Shown: positions 16,053-29,400 of the stretch, one piece after another
Layout: each line of letters starts with the position of its first letter
Numbering within the stretch: position 1 is the first letter of the stretch
Assembly (NCBI RefSeq): GCF_009914755.1
Contig: NC_060945.1
DNA: 64,000 bases
Source of the DNA: the human T2T-CHM13v2.0 reference genome, Homo sapiens
Reading direction: 5' to 3' (one strand)
Position numbers and translations under genes: made by a program
The notes under the pieces: generated by a model
Databases searched by the model: none
Told to the model about the DNA's origin: nothing
What the model saw: only the letters and a program-made list of their open reading frames with translations

Positions 16053-16062
16053 TCCATAAAAC

Positions 16063-16401
16063 TAGCTGACCCTTAAACAACATGGAGGTTTGAAGTGCTG
16101 ACACCCTGCACAGGCAAAAATCCACATAAACCTTTTGACTCCCCCAAAACTTACCTTCTACTAGTCTACTGTTGACCAGAAGCCTTACTGATAATATAAA
16201 CAGTCAATTAGAATATATTTCACACTTTATGTAATTATATTCTGTATTCATACAATACACTAACCTAGAGAATGAAAATAGTATTAAGAGAATCAGAGGG
16301 AGAAAATACAGTTACTATGTATTATGTGGTAGTAAATCATCTTAACAAACTGCATCTGCACCATCTTCAGGTTGAGAAGGCTTAGGAGGAGGGGTGGTAT
16401 T
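16063..16401. mobile_element. Tigger2a (MER28) DNA transposon, main part
   Basis: TIR-like tagctgacccttaaacaac; ttttgactcccccaaaactta; ctgttgaccagaagccttactgataa. Confidence 0.88.
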
Positions 16402-16556
16402 TGATTTTATAAGCCTTATCTCCTTTTTTTAGACTAGCTAAGAGTTTGCCAATTTTGTTTATTGTATCAAAAAAATCTTAATTTTATTTATTTTTAATAA
16501 AAGAATAAGAATCTGTTATTTTCATTATTTTCTTACTCTTGCTAATTTTACATTTA

Positions 16557-16637
16557 CAGTTGACCCTTGAACAACACAGATTTGAGCTATGTGGGTTCAC
16601 TTATATGTAAATTATCTTTCAGCTCTGCCACTCCAGC
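16557..16637. mobile_element. Tigger2a opposite terminus, inverted relative to the main part
   Basis: TA followed by cagttgacccttgaacaacacagatttgagctatgtgggttcacttat...ctctgccac. Confidence 0.85.
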
Positions 16638-17999
16638 ATTCAGACAAGAAAAAAAAAAGCATCCACATTGGAAAGAAAAAAATGAAATTATCTTTATTTA
16701 CAGATGACATAATCCCATATTAAACCCCCCCCAAAGATTCCACAAAAAACTATGAGAGCTAATAAATGAATTCAGTAATACCGAAGGTCAAAAAATCAAC
16801 ATATGAAATTTAGTAGCATTTCAATGCAAATATTTTGACCTAATTAAAAAAATTAAAAATACCATCCCATTTACAACAGCATTAAAAAACAAATAAAATG
16901 ATAATAAGTAATAACTTTAACCAAGGTTGTTGAACTTGAATATATATACACTAAAAGCTACAAAACTTTGATAAAGGAAATTGAAGAGGACACAAATAAA
17001 TGGAATGGCATCTCATGCTCATGAATTGGAATAATTAATATTGTTGAAATGTCCATACTACTCAAAGCAACAAACAAATTCGATGAAATCTCTACCAAGA
17101 CCCCAATGGTATTATTCACAGAAATAGAAAAAAAAACAAAAAAAAGTACTAAAATTTGGATGGAACCATGAAAGATTCTAAATAGTAAAAAACATTCTGC
17201 AAAAGAAAAACAAAGTTGGAGGAAGCGCACTTTTAAATTTAAAATTATATTATAAATCTATAGTAATCTAAACAGTATACTACTGACATAAAGCAGGCAC
17301 ATACACCCAGGGAACAGAACAGAGAGCCCAGAAATAAATCCAAACTCATATGGTCAACTAATTTTTGACAAGGTTACAAACAAAACACATTGGGGAAAGG
17401 ATAGTCTCTTCAATAAATGGCGCTGGAAAAACTGAATTTGCACATGAAAAAAACAAAATTGGACCTTTATATCATGCACAAAAATCAACTAAAAATGAAT
17501 AAAAGACCAAACTTTAAGGCCAGAAACTCTAAAATTCCTAGATATGAATATTAGAGAAAGTTCTTGGCCATTGGCCTTGGCAATAATTTTTTAGTATGGT
17601 ATCAAAACCTCTAGCTACAAAACAAAAATAAATAAATAGTGCCACAGAAAACTACAAAGCTTCTGCACAGCACAGGAAAAAATCATCCCAATGAAACTGT
17701 GACCTATCAAGTAGGAAACAATATTTGCAAACCATATATCTAATAATGAGTTAATATCCAAGATTTATAAGAACTCATACAACACAATAGCAGAAAAATA
17801 AATAACCCAATTAAAAATGTGCAAAAGACCTGAATAGATATCTGCCCAAACAGTATATAAAAACGATCAACAAGTACATGAAATGGTCAACTTCAGTCAA
17901 CAAACGTAAGATCATTGAACGTGGATTTCAGACGAGACATGCGTAATAGACTCTCAGTATCCTTCAGGGGCAAGGTCCAGCATATCCACTCATTAATAT

Positions 18000-18470
18000 G
18001 GACATAAATAAAATATTTATAAAATATATACCTAATTAAAATATTGATTTAGATCTATTGTATAAATATATTTATATTATTAAATCATAATATTAAATAT
18101 AAAAACAAATTGCAAAACTATATGCATGTTCTGAGGTGATTTATTAAAACATCAAAAATGCAAAAATATTTTATAGTGCTCATGTGTAGTATAAGTGTTT
18201 ATGAAAGGATACAAAGTGCTTTGTACAAAACCACATGTACCAACTTCATGACAGTTGTTGATTTGAGAGACTCATCAAGATAAATGGCAATTTGATTTGA
18301 TTTCAAAGGGGATTTAACTCTATATATAATGCTATAAATATTTTATTTCAGAAAAAGCCACATGTAAATATGACAGAGTAACAATAACTTGTTGCAGATT
18401 ACAGCTAATTAAGTAATTGCTTTTTGGTTTATTTGCACTATTTATTTGTTATATTCCTCAGGAAATAAAT
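18000..18470 (+). mobile_element. Ancient L1ME3/4-like 3' end
   Basis: caccaacttcatgacagttg-like motif; ttcaaaggggatttaactctatatataatg; aaatatgacagag. Confidence 0.5.
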
Positions 18471-18999
18471 GACCCATATAATTGTAAACTTTAGTAGATT
18501 TCTGAAAATACTTTATGAATAGATTGTAATAAGATTCAAATATTAATTTTGTTCAGTTTTCCACAAATCTCATGATTATTAGGAAAAACTTTGCGTGTCT
18601 TGTTAAATTATATTAAATAATAAGACAAATATTCAATTTATTGAGTTTCCACGTTGAATGTGGAATTGATAACCTTTTTTAGTAAAAGTGGAAGGAATTA
18701 CCGGTACTTTGTTATTGAGATGGATCACTTCAGAAAATAATGGATTGAGGTGTTGCAAAATAACTTACACCTTTTGATTTAAAGATGTTATGGAGGAATT
18801 TGTTCTCTCAAGAACTGTGAAAGGGGCCCAATCTGATTTAAAAATAGTATGTAACTTTCTCATGCTTACAATACAGGCAAGAATTAAAAGAAAATAGCTA
18901 CTTTTAAAAATCATCAATTACTTTGTCATACTAATATGAAATTATTCTGATACCTAATTAAATGCTCTATGCCATATCAGTTTATCTGACAAGATAAAT

Positions 19000-19335
19000 A
19001 TAAATATAAATGCATCTTTGATTGACGTGGGTGAGGAACCTGAGTACCACAGCTGGTTTCAAGACAGCAGATTGAAGAAATTATAGTGATAGACAGGAGC
19101 AAGAAACACAGAAGTGGGGGCTTTTCTGTAAGACCTGGAGCAAAAAAGATGTCATCAGTGTCTCACAACACCTGAAACAGTGACAAGAAGGTGAATATAC
19201 TTGCTTATTTCTTATCTCACCCTTTCTATTTGACCTCCCAGTAGGACCTCCCTAGGGCCAAATCTAATCAGATGTCTCCTGGATAGAGGAAAAAGACACA
19301 AAGCAGCATAGGAGAGAAAATGGAAAATATTAGAA
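19000..19335 (-). mobile_element. ERVL LTR (LTR33-like), decayed
   Basis: ctcaccctttctatttgacctcccagtaggacctccctagggccaaatctaatcaga resembles the antisense LTR33 core. Confidence 0.45.
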
Positions 19336-19336
19336 A

Positions 19337-19408
19337 GCAAAACAAAACAAAACAAAACAAAACAAAAAAAACAAAAAAAAACCAAAACACAAAAACAGAA
19401 ACACACAC
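19337..19408 (+). repeat. (CAAAA)n simple repeat
   Basis: Read directly. Confidence 0.9.
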
Positions 19409-19654
19409 AAATGATTATTATAATAGAAGTAATAATACAAAGAATTAAAACCTAACATTTAGGAATAATGTTAGAACATTGAAAATAATAATTTAAAAAT
19501 TATGAAATACAATATTTAAAATAAAAAATATTTACAAAGAAAATTCGGGATGTCATCAATAACACTGGATACAAGCAGACAAGTAAACAGTAATGTTAAA
19601 ATGCTTAAAGGGAATTACCTTGAAGACAGAAATTCTTTTCCATTAAAACCATAT

Positions 19655-21050
19655 TTAGGGCTTCTGCTTTTGTGTATGACCGACAAACATGCTGTAGTTG
19701 TCCTTACACCTTACACAAGAAATCTGAAAAACCTATGAATCAACTATTTTCAGATAGTTTTGGAGAGTGCTCTCTAAGAAGACTGAAACAAATGAGTTGA
19801 GTCCTAAGATTATCCTGGCTTTCAACCTAAAAGGACTTTCCAGGATGAAGAACAGTAAGGAGAAACCTAAAAAGTCTAATACACAGTCTCACTGAGGAGA
19901 AAGAGATGGGAATGAGGCTGAGATGGCTAGAACTTGTGGGACATAGTTCCAAAGAGAAGAGAAATATGCAGATAAGGAGATACAAGACTGTATAGGACAT
20001 TGAAGTTTTTGCAGAATGCTAAGCTGCACAAGCACGTGAGAACTCCATGAGGCTAGGCGATAACCACTTCTTGGGTGCTGTAGTGTATCTTTCCCCAGCA
20101 ATCATGTATGGTAGAGGAATATATTTGAGTTCCAGTAGGAGTGAACAGAGAGGACTTGGTAAACACCTAAGACATTCAGCAGATACTCCACAAGTATCCT
20201 GCTTTAACAGTAAAGGATAAAGTAGTCCTAGAGTAAAAGCTGTTCTAGACCTGCAAAGTAAAGCTTTGAAAAGAGGTCCGGAAAGGTCAATCTGATCTTC
20301 AAACAACTCAAGCACATGTCAGAAACAAAACAAAATAAAATAAAACAAAACATAAACCTTTCAAAAAAAGATAAAATCTAGTAGACATTCAAAAATACAG
20401 CAAGCAAACTAACTGACATCAAATAACAATTATTGTAAATGAAAAGAATAAGAAAAATGGTATCCTTAATAAACAGGAAAATCATTCCTTAGAAACAAAA
20501 CCAGAAATGATAGAAATGTTGTAGTTAGAACATAAGAACTTTAAAATAGCCATTATATACATGATAAGGGATTTAAATAAAAATATTAATGTAGTAGGAG
20601 AGACAAGGTAGCTATGAAAAGGAAGCAGGTGAAACTTCTTGAATTGAAAACAATCCTCAAGTAAAAATAACATTGGATTTTTTAATGTTTTTTAAATTTT
20701 TTAATTTATAATTTTTGTGGATGGATAAGACATACTATCTGATAGCACTACAGGGTGACTATAGTCAATAATAACTTAATTGCACATTTAAAAATAACTA
20801 AAAAAGTGTAATTGGATTGTTTGTAACATAAAGGATAAATGCTTGAGGGGAATGAAAACCCCATTCTCCATGATGTGATTATAACACATTGCATGTCTGT
20901 ATCAAAACATCTCATGTACTCCATAAATATATACAGTTAACATTGGATATTCTTAACAGCAGATTACACAAAGCAGAAGAAAAATCAACGAACTTATTAT
21001 AGAAACATATCAGACTCTAAACTACAAAGAAAAACTCACGCTGAACAATG
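19655..21050 (+). mobile_element. Old L1ME 5' UTR and ORF1 start (L1MEf/MEc-like), interrupted by L1MA
   Basis: gtcctaagattatcctggctttc; aactccatgaggctagg; gtcctagagtaaaagctgttctagacc; ttaacagcagattacacaaagcagaagaaa. Confidence 0.7.
20679..20937 (-). mobile_element. L1MA1-3 3' end, twin-primed (T-rich tail on the left, inverted body on the right)
   Basis: Body gatagcactacagggtgactatagtcaataataac...ccataaatatataca reads on +; tail taatttttgtgg reads on -; TSD taacattggat at 20668 and 20938. Confidence 0.88.
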
Positions 21051-21129
21051 GTGACTGAGAGACTCTTCTCCTGTTCATAAATGTTAAAATGTAGAAAACA
21101 AGTGTGTCTTACAGTTTATGAAAGAAGGT

Positions 21130-21250
21130 TAAATAGGGCCTGACTGTGAAAGATTTGAAAGCCTGGCTAACAAGTTAAGTTTGATTTGTGGATGGTTGCA
21201 ATTCTCTATTTCTGAGCAGGGGAGCAATGTGATCAGAGATGAGCTTTATG
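21130..21250 (-). mobile_element. L2 fragment
   Basis: ctgagcaggggagcaatgtgatcagagatgagcttt. Confidence 0.55.
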
Positions 21251-21828
21251 TATTGCAACATCCACCTTCTCCCAGGAATGGAAGAGTACAAAAGCCTGCC
21301 TGGCTGGGTTTGGGGAGCATATTGCTAAGGGAAACATAAACATGTCAATTTAAGTAATCTACATTAGTGTACCCAATTACTATTCAGGTATTTACTTATC
21401 CAAGAAATATTACCGGCAGCCACAAACCCATGCTAATAGTTCCCCACTGTAATATACACATCAGTACAAAGTGGAGGTAGTTTCAGAAAACAAATATTAA
21501 GGAGATCTTGAAACCATGATTTTCAAAGCTGGAGATTCATTATTTCATCGCATAGTGTGCTGTTCCAGGAGTTTGCTTGTATTCTCATCCCAGAGATTGA
21601 ATAATGAATACAATTATAGCAGTAGGGAATCTGACAAGACAATCAGAAACAAGCTGACAATTATGGATATTAGTTGAATACAGTGACGGTTATTTACCTA
21701 CATGAAATGAAAGGTGTATTTCTAAAATTGAGCTTATGCTTCAGAAAAACCTGGATGAATCATTTCATTTAGAATTTTCAGTTTGTTGAAAGAAAATAAG
21801 ACAATTCTACTGAATATATTGAGGACTT

Positions 21829-21925
21829 TAAGGTGATGAAAAGTCCTGGTTTCCTGGGAGATAATTCAGTTTTACACCTATTGTCTTGGTTTATGTATTA
21901 ATAACAGACTCTCACCATATCTGCC
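21829..21925. mobile_element. MER81-like hAT-Blackjack fragment
   Basis: aaggtga...gtcctggtttcctgggagataattcagttttacacctattgtcttgg...attaataac. Confidence 0.5.
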
Positions 21926-22214
21926 CCTGATGGATTTAGAAACCTTTGTTTAATTAATTCACACTGCCATGAAAAGACAGCTGAGTGTTTGTATTGCATT
22001 AATGCCCTTCAAAATAGAATGGGAAAGATGTTTAAAATGTAGTTTTCATTTGATGACTTCAAATTTCTCTTCATATTTCCTCAAGACGTATGTATGACAT
22101 AAGTTCCTTTTAATTGCTTTAGGTTCACTGAGGAAGTATAGGACTCTGGGGAATTCTCTGCAATATCTTTTGAAGAATTATAGAACCCCTGCTATATATA
22201 ATGCAGATATAATG

Positions 22215-22430
22215 CAGTTAAATGTGCTGAAGAGTGTGGACTTGGGAGCAAAGTCACCTGGGTTTGAACTCTGGTCCTGCCAAGTGCTACCCAAATGACC
22301 TTAGGCAGGTCACTTAAGTTCTGTGCCGCTGCAGTCATACAGTTAATATAAGGATTCAATGAGTAGTTATAAAGTTATTAGACAGTATATGGCACATTCT
22401 TGTTAGAATTATGTAACCGTCTACTGTTGT
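22215..22430 (+). mobile_element. MIR
   Basis: cctgggtttgaactctggtcctgcca...tgaccttaggcaggtcacttaa core. Confidence 0.8.
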
Positions 22431-22587
22431 AGTATTTTCTATAGCAAATTAAGAAAAGGTTTTTTTAAAAAGACAATTTATAGTTATTTCCAACTCCAAG
22501 TATAAATTTTGCTGGGAGAAAAATGTGGATGGTGGTGGTTTGCATACACTCTGGAAAAAATGCATATTAAGTATAAAAATATTCCTT

Positions 22588-22890
22588 GTCTGGGCATAGC
22601 GGCTCATGCCTTTAATCTCAGCACTTTAGGACGCTCAGGTGGGAGGATTGTTTGACCCCAGAAGTTAGAGGCCAGCCTGGGCACCACAGGGAGAGCCAGT
22701 CTTTACAAAAACTTAAAAAAAAATGTTAGCCAGGCATGATGGCTCATACCTCTAGTCCCAGCTACTCGGGAGGCTGAGATGGAAGGTTTGCTTGAGCCCC
22801 TGAGGTTCAGGCTGCAGTGAGCCTAGGTCGTGTCACTGCACTCCAGCCTGAGTGACAGAGTACCACCTTGTCTCCAAAAAAAGAACAAAA
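22588..22890 (+). mobile_element. AluJ
   Basis: gggaggattgtttgacccca and ttgcttgagccc diagnostics; degenerate TSD ending in ttcctt. Confidence 0.93.
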
Positions 22891-23079
22891 AGTTCCTTAC
22901 CCAGTGACTGTTAATTGATCTTTAACCATTTCCAGAACTAAAGACACAGTGAAAGGATTAAGATAATTTGTAGAAATGTGACACCCAGCACTGCCACACA
23001 GAGGAAATGCTACTTAAAAAAGTTGACCACAGGAAAAAATCAAGTGTTATTATATGAATTGTCATAAGGCTTTAAGCTA

Positions 23080-23568
23080 ATAGCATAGTTTGGCTGATCC
23101 TATACCAATTCCAAAATCCTTCCTTAATGGGCCACACAATGGAATCTGAAAAAGCTAAAATACATCTCCTTCTCTTTTTTTGCCCTTTAGGTTTCGTGCA
23201 ACGGATACAAGCAATGAAATTTCAACAGAAATTTCCTGGGGTAGGATGCAGAGTTCTTAGGAAATCTTCTGTTTTCTTATAAAAGTAAGAGCCTGAAGTA
23301 GGTGATGATTCTTATCACATTTTACTGCTTTGAAATAGAAAATAAAGCCTGAAGATTCAGTGGGAAATTTTTCAACCATGAAATGATAGACAATCTGCTA
23401 AGTAAAATGATCACAAAAGAAAGGAGGAGACCGTATTGTTAAACCATTGAAGTCCTGGGCTGCTATCTCTTGATTTCTTGGTGTTTGAGGAAATAAATAC
23501 CTCTGTTAAATTCAGTTTATGTTTACTTTTTGTGTATGTTTTTGCCTTCAAACACATTTTTAAAGTAT
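23080..23568 (+). mobile_element. Old MaLR LTR (MLT1K/L-like)
   Basis: ttcttaggaaatcttctgttttcttataaaag; ttcaaccatga; ctgctatctcttgatttcttgg...gaggaaataaatacctc. Confidence 0.55.
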
Positions 23569-23650
23569 TCAAGAGTGTATGAGGGCTAAAGCTCTATGAA
23601 TCATCCTGAAATCTTAAGGTTTGCATTCATGAATATTATCTGAGGATGTG

Positions 23651-24317
<667 letters not shown>

Positions 24318-24799
24318 ATGTGTAATACACCAAGGACTTTGTAGAAACTTTGGGGAGGAGTTTGCTACTGCTCCAAGCACTGTATAAAAAATTACAAGAA
24401 ATGCAAAGAAAGGAACAAAGCACAACTCTTTGAAGCAGACAGTACAAGATATTGTAAGTAGACTTAAAAAAGCTTCAAGAAATCATTGGTAAGAGTTGCT
24501 ACACTCCCAAACAACAGACCGTGTCAGAATAAATATATTTTAATTCTTAGATATGTCTTCTGTTATTTGTCATTGCAAATGTGAGAAACTCATAACAGAT
24601 GTGGACATCATACCATATTGTCTATATAAAATCAGAAGCAAAATGTGAGTAGACATGTAGATATGCTTGATTTTCACTAAAATATCATGAACAAACAATT
24701 TTATTTCAGTGAAACTTTCACTACCTATAGGTGCCAGAATCTTGAGTGGGACTCAAGTTAATTGTGCTGACTTTAACATTTTATTCAAATAAATTATTG

Positions 24800-25186
24800 A
24801 TACATTTAACAAAATAAAAGCAGTTTCAAATAAAATACAAAAAAAAATCAAGAGAAATTACACAGACATAGATCTCTGGAGAGACATTCTAATTTTAGAT
24901 TAGAAGACTTAATAAAATAAAAATTCTATTTCTCTCCAAATATATATACAGATTCAATGCCATTCTCTCCTTGAAACCCCGGAAATTTTTTGTTTGGAAG
25001 TAGGGGTATGCATGAGCTCAGTGATAGCCAAAAAGCATTAAAGAATAAGAACACGGTAAGAGGGCATATTCTACTAAGTATTCTGACTTAATATAGAGAT
25101 AAATCAATTAAGAAAGTGTAAAATTTGTGGAAAGACAAACAGATAATGGAATAGAAGAAATAGTCCAGAAACACCAATAAACTCAC
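24800..25186 (+). mobile_element. Old L1ME ORF2 fragment
   Basis: gattagaagacttaata; acagattcaatgccattc; atggaatagaagaaatagtccagaaac. Confidence 0.7.
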
Positions 25187-25189
25187 TAG

Positions 25190-25760
25190 TACAATAGGAG
25201 GTTTCCCATCTCTTTCATGCCTAAGATTTCAGAAAAAAGATCCTGTTCCACAGACTCGAATATGTCGAACATTCTGGGTTCCATTTTGTTCTGCTGTGCC
25301 TTGTAGTCATTGTGTCTAACTTGTCTCTTGCGGTTCACTGGCCTCTGTAACTCCAGGGTCCTATCATATACAGTAATGCCTGGGAGCTCGACAGCATCCT
25401 CCACCATTACGACAGCCACCAAAACTCTCTGTTATTATAGCGTAGGTATCAGTGGTTTTGCAAGGACCTACCCTTCGGACTCTCATGTGGGGAGGGAACA
25501 AGTCCTCTCCTGATTAATCCACTGTCATATTTCTATATTTTTGGATACCTTCCCTTATATGCTACCAAGAGAGTGATGGCATCTCATCCTCCTTGAATGT
25601 GGGCCTAGTTGAGCTTGAGCTTAATTTTTGTCAGTCAACCAAGCAAACCACTAGAGCCAATCCTGTTTAAAGCATGCTCATAATGAATTGTTATAATGGC
25701 CAGGTCTTCGCTTTAAACTGATTTCCAGTATCAAGTCTGTTTTCGTTTTGTAATCCATGG
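25190..25760 (-). mobile_element. ERVL (HERVL/HERV16-like) internal gag fragment, decayed
   Basis: Minus strand ggctctagtggtttgcttggttg; gagatgccatcactctcttgg; gaaggtatccaaa; atgataggaccctggagttacagaggccag (MIGPWSYRGQ) then NRKRQ..H...QQ, collinear with ERVL gag. Confidence 0.7.
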
Positions 25761-26123
25761 TGCTAGAACATAATAGCAGAAATGAAAAAAAAAAAAGGAT
25801 AAAAATGCTAATATTATCATGACATTTAATATATTCGAACAGTTCTTCATAAGCTAATTATCATACAAACAATATGAAGATGTTCTGTGTATCTTCATCA
25901 ATACTTCACTACTAAAATGCTTTGTTAACTGCTAATGAAAAAACAAGTAGTTCATTATAAAGTGGCAGCCATTGAACGGCAAATTTTAGTGCTTTTATTT
26001 TAGCAGGTGACTGTCACCATCGCAGAATCTGCCATGGCACTGCATAATCTCAGTCTGAAAAGCAAGTATGAAACATGTCTTCAGGATTTTGATTGAGTTA
26101 AAAATGGTTCTCTGTTAAAATAA

Positions 26124-26431
<308 letters not shown>

Positions 26432-26634
26432 CAATAAATCATATTCTTTATGTTCAGTTCATTTTGTTTAATCTACCAATCCTACTTACGCAAGAATCTT
26501 TTTGTTTGCTAAGTATCTACTTATGAGGAGAAGGAATATATGTATATATTTTTTCCATATACCTTGGAATATTTAAGTATATATTAAGTACTTATATATA
26601 TTTAATATATGCTTATATATTCCAAGGTATATGG

Positions 26635-26712
26635 ATGTATGTATGTGTGTATATATGAGTGTGTGTGTGTGTATATATCATATATATATAGAGAGAGATA
26701 GATAGATACAGA
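26635..26712 (+). repeat. Compound (TG)/(TA)/(GA)/(GATA) microsatellite
   Basis: Read directly. Confidence 0.85.
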
Positions 26713-29099
26713 TTTGTCTTGTCTTGCCCAAAAATGACAGTTCTTTTTCCAGGGACTTTCAACAAAGAATGCCAGCAATCTCTAAAGCTGAATTTTTTTC
26801 CTTCTGGAAAATTCTTTCTTCAAGAACACTTAGTTAATTCCCTTCTTTTATATGCTAAATAAAAAAACTGCATAAATTTATTTTTACCTATTTTTAATAC
26901 ACTGATGTGTTTCTTAAGATGTTTACTAGTTTCAGTGTTCTGTATAATTTCTCTTTATAAAATAACTTGCTGTTTGTGACTAATAGCAGATCTATGAGGG
27001 TGAATTGCTATGAAAAACAGAACTTATAGGAGAACTCTCACCTCTCTAGTGACAACATCTTACATTATATACTTTGATACTGAATTTTATGCATTTGCAT
27101 GAGATAAAAATGCATTTATAATAACACATAAATTGTAAGAACTGTTTTGGAACGATCACTTGTATTTGTGAGATTTAGAGGATTTATGACTATTGCGTCT
27201 TTCTCTTAGAAGAGGTCCACACAAATGTGACATTCTCTCAGGTCAGAATGTAAAAAAAAAACAATGCAATCTAAATTCGACTACTTCATTCATCTTTTAG
27301 AACCATTTTTAAAGTGTTCGTTAATTCTAACTTTCTTCATTTCTGAAATGAAGTTCAATAAACGGAACAAGCACTTTATCTTCCAAAAGTGATTCGTTTG
27401 AAAATTCCTCTGTTGGATTTAATTAGGTGAGATGTCTGTAAGTGGGTAATTAGTTCACTCAGCAGATGAATACAGAAATGTTTCTCAGAAGGCAGCTTTA
27501 TTATATTTTCACCTTCATGTACCAAGAGGAAACATTTTCAAAAATAAACACTTCTAATGAAACTGTTCTCCTTCCACTGGTGTAATTCCAAATAAACAGC
27601 AACCCAGATAAAATATATATAATCTTTTATCAGTAATTCATGCTTCAAAAAAGTGTGCAATACATTATTAAAAATTTTATGAAGACAGATATTGTTATAT
27701 GGAAGATACCAAATTTAAATAGATATTACTTGGAAATAGCATACATATTTTACCATAAAAGAAAACAACTGAACAAAGGATATTAGACACACTTGGCAAG
27801 ACTGAATTTTATCTTAGTAACATAATAGAGCTAAAGCTTTTTACTACAAAATACTTTAAATAATTGCCTCCACTAGGGAATTTGACTTTCAGCATTTATT
27901 ATTCAAATTACTGAACTAGATCTATGGATTCCTATTACCACATATATATTGCATTACTGGGAGATTAACTTGACCTCTCTCAAATTAACCAGTGCCAATA
28001 AGGCAAACCCAATCACATTATAACTACGTGAACCATCTATACAATAGAGCTATATCTGATGTCTTTGTAAAATTATAAAATTTTAATGCTAGTTTTAAAA
28101 TATTTATGCCAGAGAGAAAAAATTAATAGATTTTGTTCCTGGGTTCCAGATTAGAGAATTGCTCAGAGAAAGAATTTGTATGATGTTTATTCCCGCAATT
28201 GCATTTGAGCCTTAAGCTTTTGCTTTCTTTAAGATTTTATTAATGCCCCAAATCCTGCAGCTTTTGCTACAACAGAGGATAGCCCTTTGTATTTATATGT
28301 TTAATACAGGCAATGTATATCTGCAAATATTATTTTGTACACTAAATTGTATCTACACTTTCATGTGATATATATCCCATATTAAATATTTATTATACTT
28401 TTATGAAGCACAATTATATGTATTTAATTTTCATTAAATTGTAAGCAGAATCTACACAAGAATAGAAATATATTTTTAAACAAGAAGAGAATAGATTTTT
28501 CAATCTGGAAGAAAAAGTTTCATAATGAAATAGTTGTGCTTGTTTTGTTTAAATAATTGCGTAACTGATTACTTGACACACACACAAGCACACAGTTTTA
28601 AAGGATAAAAATCATTCCTTAGAATTCCACACAGTATTGTTTTACCAAAAAACAATCCAACTGAATATTCACATTTACCATTCACAACATCCAGGTCTTG
28701 CTTTTCTTAGTCAAAGGAGGTGAAGATTCCCTGTTCTGCATTCACAGTGTTGTTGCCTAACCAAGTTTGAGTGTAACTTAATTTTGTTTTGCATTTTTCA
28801 TGCCTTTTCATTTAGTTACCCTGTGGAAAAGGGTCTATTATCAGTATTAAAGCAACTAGAATATACAGTGTCGAACAGTTACACTCTCAAGGGGATACTT
28901 AGGTTAGTTAGAGGAAAATTATTCTCTTCTACATGTCTCTTCATTTCACAGATACAAAGAGAATAGGGAATACTTCTTTGAATACAGTGTAAGCACTTGT
29001 TACAATCAGAAATTACTTTGGAAATATGCACCAAAGTAAGAAGCAGTTTCCTTTGGGCAGTGATTATGAATATAATCACATCATCTATCAACATATGTC

Positions 29100-29400
29100 A
29101 CCTTTTGTTTTGAATTTTAATTATTTTATTTACTGGTATCGTATGTTACATTGTTGTACTAAGTCCTCTAGTTTGTTTTATGTAAGTGATAATAGTAGGC
29201 AAACTTGGTCCCTAGTCTTAAACAGGAATGGGAAAGTTTTACCATTAAATACAGTATTTGCTACAGTTTTCGTATGGATTATTTTTGACTAGCTGTGGAG
29301 TTCATTGCTATTCCTTGTTTGCTAGAAGTTGTTATCATGAATGAACAGTTCAATTCTATTACTTTTTCCTGTATCTAGCTTGATAATTATTTTATTTTTT
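29100..29400 (-). mobile_element. Old L1ME ORF2 fragment
   Basis: aagtgataatagtaggcaaacttg; gttttaccattaaatacag; ctattccttgtttgctagaagttgttatcatgaatg. Confidence 0.7.

Larger units (their letters stand above)
14443..17900 (+). mobile_element. L1M (L1MA/M2-M3-like): short 5' end fused to inter-ORF and ORF2; interrupted by Alu, Tigger2a and an inversion/deletion
   Basis: 5' motif ggggtgatgccaacaagatg; endonuclease region (tgctgcctacaagag, ttctccaggatagaac); RT motif tttacagatgacat; C-terminal ORF2 motifs; many stops and frameshifts. Confidence 0.85.

Noticed and set aside
25186-25422. 78-aa ORF that looks like a processed pseudogene
   Set aside because: The DNA is collinear with decayed ERVL gag; there is no poly(A) or TSD.
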